DNA of 63,621 nt, counting the filler, from Candidatus Woesearchaeota archaeon (GTDB lineage Archaea > Nanobdellota > Nanobdellia > Woesearchaeales > B72-G16), in the NCBI GenBank assembly GCA_003650545.1. It is 15 parts of 15 records of this genome, joined end to end, with 100 filler letters (N's around TTAATTAATTAA, not from the genome) between each part and the next. Parts side by side here need not be neighbours in the genome. Positions count along the whole stretch, not along the records: positions 31,110 to 35,248 come from QMQO01000080.1; positions 35,349 to 39,438 come from QMQO01000081.1; positions 39,539 to 43,571 come from QMQO01000082.1; positions 43,672 to 47,641 come from QMQO01000083.1; 11 more parts are not named here. One strand, written 5' to 3'. Below the pieces are notes generated by a model that made no database searches, had not been told where the DNA came from, and worked only from the letters and a program-made list of their open reading frames with translations. Positions within the stretch are counted from its first letter, which is position 1; the number at the start of each line of letters is the position of its first letter. This document shows positions 31,110-43,726 of this stretch, one piece after another. The position numbers and the translations under genes were made by a program.

Positions 31110-34100
31110 TCATTGTAGTAAGTCTTGTTAGAGTGAATGCTTAAATTATACATTCCTGCTGGAAGAGTCGATGTATTTATAGTGCAATTATACTCTCCAT
31201 AACCCATCGGATAGACGGGCGAGCAAATAAATTCTTGGGAATTATGGATTAAGGTTATGTTTACGGAAGCGTCGCTTACTGGTATTGGTTGATCATCGGT
31301 TACCTTAGCTCTTATAGTAATATTTTCCACAGGCTTAAGGTACTCCGTATAAGTAGGTGGAATCAGCAAGGAATTATACAAATCTCCAAGAATGGTTAAC
31401 ACAAATTCACTCGAGTTTGCATCTAAATAGCAAGAATCTTGATAAGTTCCACCTTTCCACTTTTGTAAACCGACCGAATAGTCAGCTTGTGGATCAAAAT
31501 AAACTTTTAAGTAACCATCCTCATCAGTTAGGTTTTGTGTACCCGAATCATAATTAATTCCATCCTTGGTTACATAAATTATTCCTTGAACACCAGAACC
31601 TACAGGAGTTTGCTTTATCGTATCATAAATCCTCAATATCAGCAAGTCAGTTTGTGTCCCACTCCTGTTTGCAGTACTCTCATTTCCATAGATATATTCT
31701 ATGCTTACAGGATCTCTTTCTATAGATGGTGCCTGAATAACACTTGTGTTGAAAATATTTGTACCATCGCTAATTTCCCATTTAAATTCTACTGGATAGG
31801 TCGTGTTTATATCTAAACATGTGAAGTCGCTCACATTTACCTCACACCTTCCCTTACCATTATATACTGTGTCATTTCCTCTGTTCTGCCAGTTATTGTT
31901 GGAATAAACGAACAACCTGCAAGTTACATTATCGAACTGAGCATCATCTATATCTATCCTAAAAGTAAATGTTTCGCCCCATCCTCCTATGCTTGGAGTA
32001 ACTGTTTCATTCTCTGTTATTGGTGGAGTATTGTTCAAGTAAACCCAATTTTCAAAGTAGGTTGAGTTATCAAAATAGTATTGTTTGCTTGAGTTTATTC
32101 TAAAACTGTAAAGACCACCTTTATGAAAACTCGTATTCCAACTACAATTATAATAACCATTTCCTAAATCTTCAACAGGTTCACATCTCTCATACACTTC
32201 TGGTCCAAATATTTCAATGCTAACGTTTGCACCATTCTGCAAACCATCGTTCGAACAATCGGTTGGAATGCTTAAGTTGAAATTGACTATATCACCAACT
32301 AGTATAGATTGGTTGAAATACGGATAATTCAACTTATTCTTTAATTGACCAATTACAGTTATTTTTGCTCCAGGTATTTCGGCTATATTATCTTTATAAC
32401 ATCCATTGTTTTCGGTTCCTGCTTTCCAGCTTTGGATACCAACTCTGTAATTACAATCTGGATCAAAAATTAGATAAGAATAACCGTTTTCGTTACTAAC
32501 GTTCGAACCAGCGAAGAAATAATTATTTCCATCATGGGTTACATAGTAACTAGTGTTTGCAGTTATGTAAACAGCCCTATCTGCATCACTTACTCTTATA
32601 GTCAAGGTTGCATTATCGTCTCCCTCTCTTGTAAGAGTAAATGAATAGGGTGATACAAAAGTGACTGTAACATCATCCTTCTCTATGTTCATTTGAGCTA
32701 TTGAACTTGATGAACTATAGTTAAGTTCATCAACTGCTACAAACTTTACGTCCCTTGTTCCAATGTGTTCACAATTGAATGAATGCCCACTAAATTCTAC
32801 TAATTGTGGAGTGGGTGTTGCTGAGATTAAAGTTGAATCTATGAGTTCCCAGCCTGAACTTAAATTGATGTAGAGTGAAACGTTAACTTGATTATAATCT
32901 TCGTCTTTTACATAAATCTGGAAGGTCCAGGTTTCGCCCCATCCACCAGTACTACCTCCTTGTTGAGATAAGATAATGGGGGCTGTTGTAAATTGTGGCT
33001 TTGTAGCAAGGAAGAATGCATTAGTTTTTAGAATCTCTGTACCATTGTAATACTGTTTTGAAACTTTCATCTTAACGTCATACCAACCTGTTGACCAATC
33101 TGAATGAACCGAAGCTGGTATAGTACAAACATAGGTTCCATTTCCCAAATCAGTAGCTATACATTCGTAATTGGTTTGAGGAACGACGAATCTTACGTTT
33201 GCACCACTTACATATCCACAATCATCTTTTACTGTTCCTATTATTTCAATATTATCGATTCCTTTCAAGAACGATTGTCCTTCTGGTTCTGACAAATTAG
33301 CTGAAAGGTTTACAGTAATTACTGTAAACACAAACTCACTTGAATTAACATCTTTATACCAATTATCGTCTTTGGTTCCAGCTTTCCACTTTTGTGGACC
33401 TACTTCAAAGCTACAATCAACAGTTATATCGTTCAAAGTTAAATTCCCACTCGTATCGGTGTAATAATAGTTTGTTGAAATGTAGTGGGTTCTATCCTTA
33501 GTTATGTAGAATATTCCTTGTCTGTTTGCTCCCAAACTTTGATTTTTATCTGTATCGAAAACCCTAACTTTAAACTTCAATTTTGGTAAAGCACTTCTAT
33601 TATAAACAGTTCCATTTCCATACAAATGTTCAATCCTTACATCATCCTTATCGAGGTAGAAACTTCTTATGGAAGTATTGGTCTCATAACCTCTTGTATC
33701 TTCTGCTTTAAAGTAGAACTGTCTTGTTCCAATCTCAGAGCCGCTGAATGAACTATAGGTAAAAACAATCGTTTTGTTTATTCCAGAATCATAAGTTAGC
33801 AAATTAATCCATCCAAAACTTCTATTCAAGTACAAATAGATCGTATTTGTATCTAAATCTTCATCTGTGAAGTTAACCCTGAAGTACCAAGTTTCACCCC
33901 AACCACCATCATCGCTAGGATAAGCGATTGCATCCCAAAGCACTGGTTTGGTTTCTATGAAGAAAGCGTTTTTCTTCAAGGTTGAATTTTGAAGATATAA
34001 ATCTTTGGTTGATTCTACAGTAACATTGTACCATCGAGCTGGTAAAACTATTGGATAGCTCGTGTTCAATGTACAACTATAGTTCCCTGAACCTTCTGCT

Positions 34101-35248
34101 TTAACTTCTTCGCATTCAAAAACCCGACCGTTTTCATTCTTAATCCTAAACGTCACGTTAGATTCATTCAAATAGTTCAAACATTCATCTTTTAGGTTAG
34201 CCCTTAGGGTAACGTTTGTACCTCTTAAATAATTTTCACCATTTGGTTCAAGTATAGTTGGGACTTGAGAACCGATGATCGTTATATAATAATCACTCGT
34301 GTTTGTATCGATATAGCAAGTATCTGTTACTCCTGCTTTCCATTTTTGTAAGCCTACACTATAACTACAATCTGGATCAAAGTAATAGGTTGCATTTCCT
34401 AAACTATCGGTTTGATTTACTATATCTAGCTGATAATTGGTACCGTCATGCGTAATCCAGAAACTTACATTTGCACCTTCAACTATAGAGTTCTTTTCAG
34501 TATCAAAGATGTTGACTGAAAGCGGTTGAATTCCACTACTTCTATTAACGAAGGAATTGTTGCCCTGAATTAGGACTAAGAGTGTATCACTTTCCCTTAA
34601 CTTTGGAAGATTGATTGGAGTTGTATTATAATAATTAGCCGGTTCGCCATTCTTAATCTCCCACTTAAAGCTATTTATTCCTATATCCTCACAACTAAAT
34701 CCTTGATAAGCAACCCAACAAGTTCCTTCAGTAGGTATACCAGGAGTTCCTGTTATAGTATAACTTCCTACTTTCTCCCATGTATTAGTTGAATTTCTTT
34801 TAAGGTAGAGATTGCAAGTTATCATATCTCCTTCTTGGTCATAGATATCTATCGTAAAATTAAAGTAGCTTGACCATCCTCTATACTCATCAAGACTTAA
34901 TTCTTCCCAATCACCCAGGGCATAATTATAAACGTAAACGCTAATGTTTTCGCTCGTAGCATTCACATTTTCCAACCAGAACCAGTTGTTATAAACTGAA
35001 GAATTGGAGTTGTAATAGCCCTTACTAGAATTCAACCTTATATCCCACCATCCTTCTTTCTTACCAGTAGAATCCCAAGTACAATTATACCATCCATCGT
35101 ATTCATTATAAATAGGACTACAGCCCTCCCAATTACCCAGAGGACTTCTTAACTCTATGCTAAACTCGCTTGCATTGGTTATCAATCCTTCATTGCTGCA
35201 ATCGCTAGTAGTGTTAAACCTAATTAAAACCTGATCAGTAACGTTAAA
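31110..35248 (-). CDS. giant repetitive extracellular/S-layer-like protein, internal fragment
   Basis: Open across the whole contig; about four imperfect units of 320-330 aa (GGWGET, FDPDCxYxVGxQKWKAG, GxYxCxxNTS); many NxS/T sequons. Confidence 0.8.
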
Positions 35249-35349
35249 NNNNNNNNNNNNNNNNNNNNNNNNNNNNNNNNNNNNNNNNNNNNTTAATTAA
35301 TTAANNNNNNNNNNNNNNNNNNNNNNNNNNNNNNNNNNNNNNNNNNNNT

Positions 35350-35946
35350 ATAGTTATGTCGAGCCTCTTCATAATCGATACAGTAGCTACTACAGCTCTA
35401 TATCATAGATGGCTTGGAACACTACCATATCTAATGCTAACTCCTACGAGAATGTATAAGGTATTAGTAATCGAGCCTCTTCCTGGGGCATTAATATCTA
35501 GTACAATGGGTATACTAGCCGTCATACCAGGTGCAGTATACTTTGAAGGCCTCCTTGGCGCATGTAAGCTCCTTATAGTACTGTTACTTGTTTACATGGG
35601 CATGCTACCACTCATAGGGTTATCAGTGATAGTAGCATCAATAACACTTGTGCTAAGAGAGGAATCAAACGTTGCTGCTTTCTTAACACCATTAATATTG
35701 CTTGTATCAGGTATATTCTATCCATTAGAAATTCTACCACAAATACTACAGTATATGTCTAGAATATTTCCTACATCATATATAGTTGAAGCATCCCGCA
35801 TGGTAGCTACTTATACTATACCAGAATTTCGAGCGTTGCTCATAGCGGTTTACGCCCTTGTAGCTCTTACCTTAATCTATAATGGTGTTGCAAGTATAGC
35901 TCTTACAAGTTCCGAGAGAATGGTTAAGAGGAGTGGGGTGATATAG
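35350..35946 (+). CDS. ABC-2 type transporter permease, 5' truncated
   Basis: GTLPYLMLTP and SGIFYPLEILP; multiple TM helices. Confidence 0.85.
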   Translation: MVMSSLFIIDTVATTALYHRWLGTLPYLMLTPTRMYKVLVIEPLPGALISSTMGILAVIPGAVYFEGLLGACKLLIVLLLVYMGMLPLIGLSVIVASITLVLREESNVAAFLTPLILLVSGIFYPLEILPQILQYMSRIFPTSYIVEASRMVATYTIPEFRALLIAVYALVALTLIYNGVASIALTSSERMVKRSGVI

Positions 35947-35948
35947 CA

Positions 35949-36752
35949 TTGACTATGGCTACACGTATACGTGCTGTGATATGGCTTCATGCTCTTAGGC
36001 TTTGGAGGTATAGATTCTCGTTTCTAAACAATATATTTACCACAATTCTATGGCTAACAATATTCGTGTTAGGAGCACTCATGTTCATACCCAGGGAACA
36101 ATGGAGTATTATGGCTCCCATAGCGTTATGGGGTATTATTATGTGGCAATTTCTATCAGCTAGTGTATGGCATATCGGTGGGTGGACATGGTTCTTCGTA
36201 TCCCAGGGGTTTGTAGAAGAACACCTACTTACTAACACTAGTCCAGCAGCCGTGCTTGTAGGTAGAGCTATTGTAGGGTTAACTGTAACACTTGCTTCAA
36301 GTCTACTGGTAGCATTAGTATTTACTGGCCTAGCGGGACCCCAAGTACTATTAGTTAATAACGTTCTCTATGTAATAATAGGACTAGTATTGTTAGGGAC
36401 AATGACTATTTCTTACGGGTTATATCTTGCTGCAATATCCTTCCGTATAGGTATACCTGGAACCTTATTAGATATCGCGAACTTCGTATCATTCATACTA
36501 GGTGGATTAGCAGTACCATTATCAAAACTACCACTACAGCTAAGAATAATAGCGTTATTCATACCTTATGCACATCCAGCAGAAATAGTGAGATATGGTG
36601 TAAGAGGCTTAGAGCCACTATTAGGTCTTGAAGTAGAATTAATGCTATCAACACTAGTAGCGATAATTATGGCTTCTATCGCTTACATATTATTCAGATA
36701 CGTATTAAAGCATGTTAGGAAATATGGAGTAAAGGCCATAGGAAGAATGTAA
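35949..36752 (+). CDS. ABC-2 type transporter permease
   Basis: About six TM helices; GGLAVPLSKLP and PYAH. Confidence 0.8.
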   Translation: MTMATRIRAVIWLHALRLWRYRFSFLNNIFTTILWLTIFVLGALMFIPREQWSIMAPIALWGIIMWQFLSASVWHIGGWTWFFVSQGFVEEHLLTNTSPAAVLVGRAIVGLTVTLASSLLVALVFTGLAGPQVLLVNNVLYVIIGLVLLGTMTISYGLYLAAISFRIGIPGTLLDIANFVSFILGGLAVPLSKLPLQLRIIALFIPYAHPAEIVRYGVRGLEPLLGLEVELMLSTLVAIIMASIAYILFRYVLKHVRKYGVKAIGRM

Positions 36753-36778
36753 TTCAATAGAAACAAAGTTATACTTAT

Positions 36779-37924
36779 CTAATACCCGTATTTATTAAAG
36801 TATTCCTCGAAATGCTCGAAATACTTGAATCCATGATCGGGGAATACTAGTGCGTAGTCCCCTTCTTCTATTATGCCTTCGTTAACTAGTTTCCTAAAAC
36901 CTGCTATCACAGCACCACTGCTAAGTCCTACTAGTATTCCTTCGTGATGTGCTATGTTTATTGCTTCTTTTATAGCTTCATCTCTTTCAACATCGATAGT
37001 GTTATCAACCTCAACTAAACGGATCCACTTCATTCCAGTCTCTATTCTACGTATGCCTAGAATAACATGTCCTTGAACTGGTTGTATACAATGTATTCTT
37101 GTGCATCCCTTAAACCTATTCTTAAAGTAGAATGCTATAACAGTCATATGTCCGAATGTACCTATTCCTCCTACTATAGCTTTAGGATAGAAACCAGCTT
37201 CTCTACACTGGATCTCTATCTCCTTCACAGTATATTTTAAGTGTACTTCAAAGTTATAGTCGTTTTCAAACTGATTGAGATGCAAGGCATTATCTCTTTT
37301 AGCGTCATTTTCAACTTCGTCTACAAATTCTACTGTTAAAGTCTTAGGCTTCCTTATTACTTCAACACCTAGTACTCTTAACAAAGTATCTGAAACTTTT
37401 TGAATAGATGCCGATAGATATAGTTTAGCTTTATACCTATGTATAGCTGCCATGGCAGCTAAGGCCATACCAGTATTAGTTGATGTAGCCTCATACAATA
37501 CTTTCTTATCCCTAGTAACCTCTCCCTCCTCTATGCTTTTAGTAAACATGTACCAACCTATTCTATTCTTAATACTACCACTATAAGGATTAAATCCTTC
37601 AAGCTTAGCCCATACCCTAATACCATCACTCGATAAACCATTTAGTTTAACTAATGGTGTAAGCCAGTTACGATATAGTAGTTCTAAGGTATTATTAAAG
37701 ACCCTATATGGATTCAATTCAATATTGTCAAATAAACCCAAATCCTCTAATGGGATTCTTATTTCTACATCCGTAGTTGAAATAGGTACATAACTTGTAC
37801 CTAAGATTCTTAAAGCCCAGTATAGCTTGACATTTTCATCAATTTGTTTAACAACATTATTTTTATCATCTATTACTGGTTTCGTGACGTTATTCTGTCT
37901 AAGTAGCTTTGCTAACAAGTCCAA
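36779..37924 (-). CDS. cysteine synthase/O-phosphoserine sulfhydrylase family (PLP fold II)
   Basis: TPLVKL, KLEGFNPYSGSIKNR, EATSTNTG, NQFEND, GLSSGA and FPDHGFKY. Confidence 0.85.
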   Translation of the reverse strand: MDLLAKLLRQNNVTKPVIDDKNNVVKQIDENVKLYWALRILGTSYVPISTTDVEIRIPLEDLGLFDNIELNPYRVFNNTLELLYRNWLTPLVKLNGLSSDGIRVWAKLEGFNPYSGSIKNRIGWYMFTKSIEEGEVTRDKKVLYEATSTNTGMALAAMAAIHRYKAKLYLSASIQKVSDTLLRVLGVEVIRKPKTLTVEFVDEVENDAKRDNALHLNQFENDYNFEVHLKYTVKEIEIQCREAGFYPKAIVGGIGTFGHMTVIAFYFKNRFKGCTRIHCIQPVQGHVILGIRRIETGMKWIRLVEVDNTIDVERDEAIKEAINIAHHEGILVGLSSGAVIAGFRKLVNEGIIEEGDYALVFPDHGFKYFEHFEEYFNKYGY

Positions 37925-38010
37925 TATAGTTTTAAGTTCAGGTTTTACCTCTAAATACTACTTTATTTAAGCGTTCTATCCTAACCATGAGCATCACCAA
38001 TGGGTTTTAA

Positions 38011-38448
38011 TTAAAGTTTGTCTAATGGTATATTTACATCTGGTATCTTAAATTTCAGCATATGTCTACTAGTTTTAGGTGGTAATAGTTTACCTGTTAA
38101 CCCAGCTTCCCTGACAAGATCCTTAGATACATTCCAATCTCCACGCCAAGATCCTACTTTTACGTGATCACTATCGTAGTAGACTAATAATACTGAAGCA
38201 TATTTTTTGCCAAGTCCCTTAAGAACCTCATATCTATGATGACCATCTAATATAATCATGGTCTTAGCATCAACGAGTAAAGGTTTTATTATTATACCAT
38301 CCCTAATTATTATACCTGCTAGGTATTCAAGATGACGTTCATCTACTCTTTCATGTGGTTTAAGTTTATCAAGAGGAATTACAGCTATTCGTGGTTTAGC
38401 TGTTTCTTTGGTTTTTTCTTGTAAGCTTAGCATATTTACAACCTTCAC
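38011..38448 (-). CDS. ParB/Srx-fold protein (SerK/SbnI-like free serine kinase candidate)
   Basis: LKPHE, ILDGHHR and LPPKTSRH motifs; directly upstream of the cysteine synthase. Confidence 0.65.
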   Translation of the reverse strand: MKVVNMLSLQEKTKETAKPRIAVIPLDKLKPHERVDERHLEYLAGIIIRDGIIIKPLLVDAKTMIILDGHHRYEVLKGLGKKYASVLLVYYDSDHVKVGSWRGDWNVSKDLVREAGLTGKLLPPKTSRHMLKFKIPDVNIPLDKL

Positions 38449-38727
38449 AAATAACAGTGTTATAGGACATGAACTAACGCATATTAAAAATCTAATGTAG
38501 CAGATTAATAATGGAGTGAATAAACAATAACCCTTTATAGTATTGAAGGTAATACTTAACTACTCAGATACTAAATAGCGCTAAATAAGGTGATGAAAGG
38601 GTAGGTTGCCGAAGTAGTAAATGGCTCCTCATGTGGAGACGTTCCGATGCTGATATAAACCCAGTACTGATACGAGATTAATTCATGGAGTACCCAGAGT
38701 ACCCAGAATATTAAAGGCGTATTAGGG

Positions 38728-39438
38728 TTGAATTCACTAGCTACAACACCATATACCATGACTAGTAGTAAGATGAATACTGATGAACTAATCTCCTATA
38801 TATTCGATGACCGTTTATCACCTATTCTACGTGAATACTTTTCATCAACCCTTTCAATTAATAGCATATCAATGCTACAGAAGCTTTTTGAAAAAGCTGT
38901 TAAGGAGTATAGGAATATAGTTGATAAACATAAACCTATATTCATACCACCCAAGCTTATGAAGGGTCTCGGCGTAGATTCTTACTATGTTGATGAACCA
39001 TTAATTCCCGAAGAAATTGGATGCTGGGTTAATCACGATAAAGACTATGTATATCTAACATACTGGTATAGGTTTCCATACGATTTATGGCCTGGCGATG
39101 GAGTAGAATACGAGCCTTGGACTATTGTACTTAAACATGAGGATAACACTATAGTAGAGTACCAAACTAGAAGCCATTGGAGAATAGTCCATATTCACCC
39201 TAAGATAGTATTGCATTTAGATCATAGGCCTATTATAGCATTTACCGATCATGCACATACACCAGTACCCATACTTAATTTCAAGGCCATTTCAGAATTA
39301 CTAGGTATCAGCTTAGATGAAGTATTGGATAGAGTTGAAGTATTCATAGATGAGATAATAGGTTTTGTAGGAGATAGAAAGCCTATTCTAGTTGAAAAAT
39401 TATCTAAGCAAAAACCCCAGGAATATAGTGAGCTAGAA
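38728..39438 (+). CDS. hypothetical protein, 3' truncated
   Basis: Long ORF with a conserved-looking YWYRFPYD...EYEPW...HW...HAH stretch; start uncertain. Confidence 0.55.
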
Positions 39439-39538
39439 NNNNNNNNNNNNNNNNNNNNNNNNNNNNNNNNNNNNNNNNNNNNTTAATTAATTAANNNNNN
39501 NNNNNNNNNNNNNNNNNNNNNNNNNNNNNNNNNNNNNN

Positions 39539-42500
39539 ATAATATACACCGGTTGATACTTCTTTTTTAAATCTGTTTTTTCCATCCCAGTATGCTATTA
39601 TATTATTTGTATCCATTGCTGTTACTATCTCTCCGGATACTGTATATATCTGTATCTTTGAACCAGGCACTATATTTGCAAATTTTAATTTCCCTCCCAC
39701 TGCTTCTCTTGGATAAAACGGGTTCGGATACACAACCGGCTTATCAGCAGGGTAAAATACAATGTTTGAACTAATCGGAGGATGTCTGTCTGGCACCACA
39801 TAATATTTATCATTATAATCACAACTTACTTTATTTGCAATCGGTAATTCGTTGTTTATTCTTGTTATTTCCACTGTAAATTCTATGTATATTGTTTTTC
39901 CTGGATTTAGAGTATTTCCTGTTAAATCCCATACAATATAATTTCCATTTACCTTAAGGTTTGTTCTTATGTTACTATTTATAAATATCAGATTATCTGG
40001 CAAGGTGTCCCATATAGATAAATTGTATGCTGGAGTAGTATCATTGTTTATTATCTTTATTGTATATGTGATTTTTGCTCCTGGTTTAGGATTTTCTCCT
40101 GTTACTTTTAATGAAATATCAAGTGTTACAGGCGATGGCCGTGGCAAAGGTGTTTCTGTATAAGTTGGCACATTTGTAAATGTTTTTGTTGGTGTGTGTG
40201 TTTGAGTATTTGTATATGTATTGGTAGATGTTGGAGTTAATGTGAAGGTTAAACTATATGTAAAAGTCTCAGTATTTGTCAGGGTATTTGTAAATGTATA
40301 AGTTGCTGTATAAGTTTCAGTATTTATGGGTGTATCTGTGAATGTCCATGTTGGTGGCTGTGTTCCTGTTACTGTTTCTGTAGGTGTATATGTTGATGTT
40401 TCCGTATAAGTAAATGTGCCGGTATTTGTAGGCGTAAATGTATTTGTTAATGTATTTGTTGGTGTATGAGTTGATGAATTTGTTGAAGTATTTGTCTCAG
40501 TAAATGTTAAAATATCTGTAGGTGTATACGTTGATGTTTCCGTATAAGTAAATGTGCCGGTATTTGTAGGCGTAAATGTATCTGTTAATGTATTTGTTGG
40601 TGTATGAGTTGATGAATTTGTTGAAGTATTTGTCTCAGTAAATGTTAAAATATCTGTAGATGTATACGTTGATGTTTCCGTATAAGTAAATGTGCCGGTA
40701 TTTGTAGGCGTAAATGTATCTGTTAATGTATTTGTCAGACTGTTAGTTGGAGTAACCGTAGATGTATTTGTTGGCGTGGGTGTCGCCGTCACAGACGGCG
40801 ACGCTGTTTCTGTATCTGTGGGTGTTGATGTTTCTGTATTTGTTTCTGTATCTGTAAATGTCGGTGTTTCTGTATCTGTAGGTACAGTTTCAGGTGGACA
40901 GCATCGCGGGTCTTCTTCAGTATCTCCGCTTATTGTTTTTAATGTAAATGCATCAAAATAAATATCCCCTTCATTAAGAGGCCCTGACTGAACCTCAAAT
41001 TCAACAGTAGAAGCAGTATCCTGATTCTGCAAATCCCAGCAGTACTGTATCCAGTCAGATAAGTTTGATATTGTCTGGTCTACTGTCGAAATCTGGTTAA
41101 ATCCTGACATCAATCTTATTACAAAAGAAGATGCTGTCATATTCCGTATCCAGACACACAACCTATTATACCCCGTAAGATTTCCTTCGCTAACAGGAAT
41201 ATTAAGAATCTGTCCAAACCACAACTGCCCTCCGGATGTTCTTGAATGTTTTAAAACACCTACAGTATCATAAGTATTGGATATATCTGATTCCCATGAC
41301 ACTGTGCCATAATTAGTTGTAATTCCTGCTATGGAAGCTGCATCTGGAAAGCAATTTATTGGGTCATGCCCTTTAGGTAAGGAAAGATTCGGAGTGCATG
41401 GAGTTGGTGTTGGAGTAAATGAAGAGCAATCAACAAAATCAACATCAACCCAGGATATTGTTTTGTATCCGCAATTATCATTTGCTTCTATATATATTCT
41501 TCGTGTCCCTAAAATTCCAGCAGGGTCAAAAACAGCAGAAAATCTTCTGCCTCCAGAAGGTGCAGACGACGGTCCTGTATCACTCATTCCTGTCCAGTCA
41601 GAAGTAATTGGATAAGCGTATGTGCCACCTGTCATTTCATTATCCAACCAGTAAGAATATCCGCCAGTAGAAGGGTCTCCCGGGCTTATTGCATATCTTA
41701 CTGTTAGTCCTCCTCCACCTGCATTATCATCAAGCACATCAGAAGTTATTGCAAGTAGAGTATTATTGCATACATCAGGTATTACAGGAAATGCCTGCTC
41801 TGATGTTGGAAACGGATGCCTTGGATTTATCCAGTAAATTTCAGGAGCTAAATTATTGGTATCACATAAAGCTGGCGATGTTTCTTCCAACCCCATAAAA
41901 TTTGTATAAGCATCAAGAAAATCTGCCTGATTAAACATATCCCCTTTTGGTAAATATAACCTCGGATTCGGCAAATATTTCTTCATTATCCTTAACATTG
42001 TTAACCAGTTATATCTGAATGATATTGTATTTGCATTATATCCTTGAGGTTCCTGCCCTGCTGGCACCTTCCCTGCCATCCTCTGAAATGCTAACTGTAA
42101 TTCATTTACCATCCCATTCCATTGCGCATCTGTCGGTATCCCATTCGCATAATGCATACTTCTTAAATCCTGTAAAAAATCCTGCACATCTCCCCATGTT
42201 ATTGCCCAGTCATATACATCAGGATCTCTGCCTATTCTTTTCATTAAATCAACTACCTGAGGCGCATACCATCCGTTGCCCACTATATTATGTGTAACAC
42301 TGATATTGTTGGATGTCAAAGCTGATATTCTGGTTCCAGTGCCGCAACGCAGATTCTGGACTTCAGAATGCGGACCTTTATTATAACCAACCACAAGAAT
42401 TCTTGTAAGTGCATATGGGTCAGTGGCCGCTGCTACAAACTCATCCAGTCGGAAAGAACGTGAGGCTGAAAAATATCCATAATACCGTGATGAAATATCT

Positions 42501-43570
42501 AAAAGCATTGTTATTGTTGCATTAACTATGTTATTTCTTGTTTCAGGAGGAATAGAAATAGAAAGAGCATTCAAATAAGAATTATTATGTGGAAAATAAT
42601 CGGGGAATGATGAAATCGCCATTTGTATATCACCGTCTATCATCTGATATGGTCCATCTCCTGAGCCATTGGAACATACATTCCCTGCCCATGTCCAGTC
42701 AGGTCCTGCAGAGCCATCATTAAAAAGTCCTATCCCACATTCTTTAGTGCCAATAGCAAATGTTAATCTCATATCATACCCAAAAAATTCCTGTCCCCAT
42801 GCAGCTGCCATTGCCCACATAAGACCCCCAGGTCCTGAACCTGAAGTATGTGTGTAACTGACTCCTGCACCTGTCGGAGAATTCGGCGCCCACCTGTATC
42901 CTGTAGCTGATGTTCCCCATACAGCATAAGCCCCTGAATAATAATCTGAAGGGTTAAGTGCATCCTCTACTGTTGTTCCTGGCGGCATATGTGGTTTGCC
43001 CACCCATAACTGTGTTGGGTGATGTGAGGTAGATACAAATGCAGGAGCATCATCTCTTGCCACCCATGCATTTGGATCATAATAATCACTCTGGCCAATT
43101 ACAGCACCTGTTACCGAATCAATATCAGTATATGTTAAAGGAGGCGCATAACTTTCTGTATCAGTATTTTTAAATGAATAACAAGGTTTTAACCTTAAAA
43201 CAACATGTGGGTACCTTGGATATGGCATTCCTCCTGCCAGTGAAAGTTGTATATTTCCGGCTCCCCATCTTGATCCATTAGTACATATTGAATCATCACC
43301 AACCCCAACCGGTGGCTTTAAATTTATGCTCTGAACAGGAATCTGCCACCTGTACATCACCGCACCATCAAGATCTGTACCTAAAGTAAAAAATCCTCCA
43401 GGCTGTGAAGGTAAAGACGTTGTATTAAATCCCATTGCCACCACTTCAAAAAAATCATTATTCCATGAATAAACATTCTGTCTATTGTAAACACACATAG
43501 GTCCGATTGCAGGGTTTCCTGACATTGGTATTGTCATTTCAAAATCTGCAAAAACAGCAGGGATTGACAA
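39539..43570 (-). CDS. large secreted modular protein (possible lysozyme-like domain, CBM-like domain, Thr-rich linker, DUF11, FlgD-Ig/sorting-type CTD), truncated at both ends
   Basis: PGAKITYTIKIIN...IWDTLP (DUF11); VYPNPF...IYTVSGEIV...WDGKN...STGVYY (CTD); long (T-x)n tract. Confidence 0.8.
40377..40735. repeat. 138-bp tandem repeat, about 2.6 copies, in-frame (46-aa Thr-rich unit)
   Basis: GTTGATGTTTCCGTATAAGTAAATGTGCCGG recurs at 40392, 40530 and 40668. Confidence 0.92.
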
Positions 43571-43726
43571 ANNNNNNNNNNNNNNNNNNNNNNNNNNNNN
43601 NNNNNNNNNNNNNNNTTAATTAATTAANNNNNNNNNNNNNNNNNNNNNNNNNNNNNNNNNNNNNNNNNNNNATGTTATAAAAGACTTGCTTTTTTTAGAA
43701 TAAAGGGAAATAAAAAAATAAAAAAT

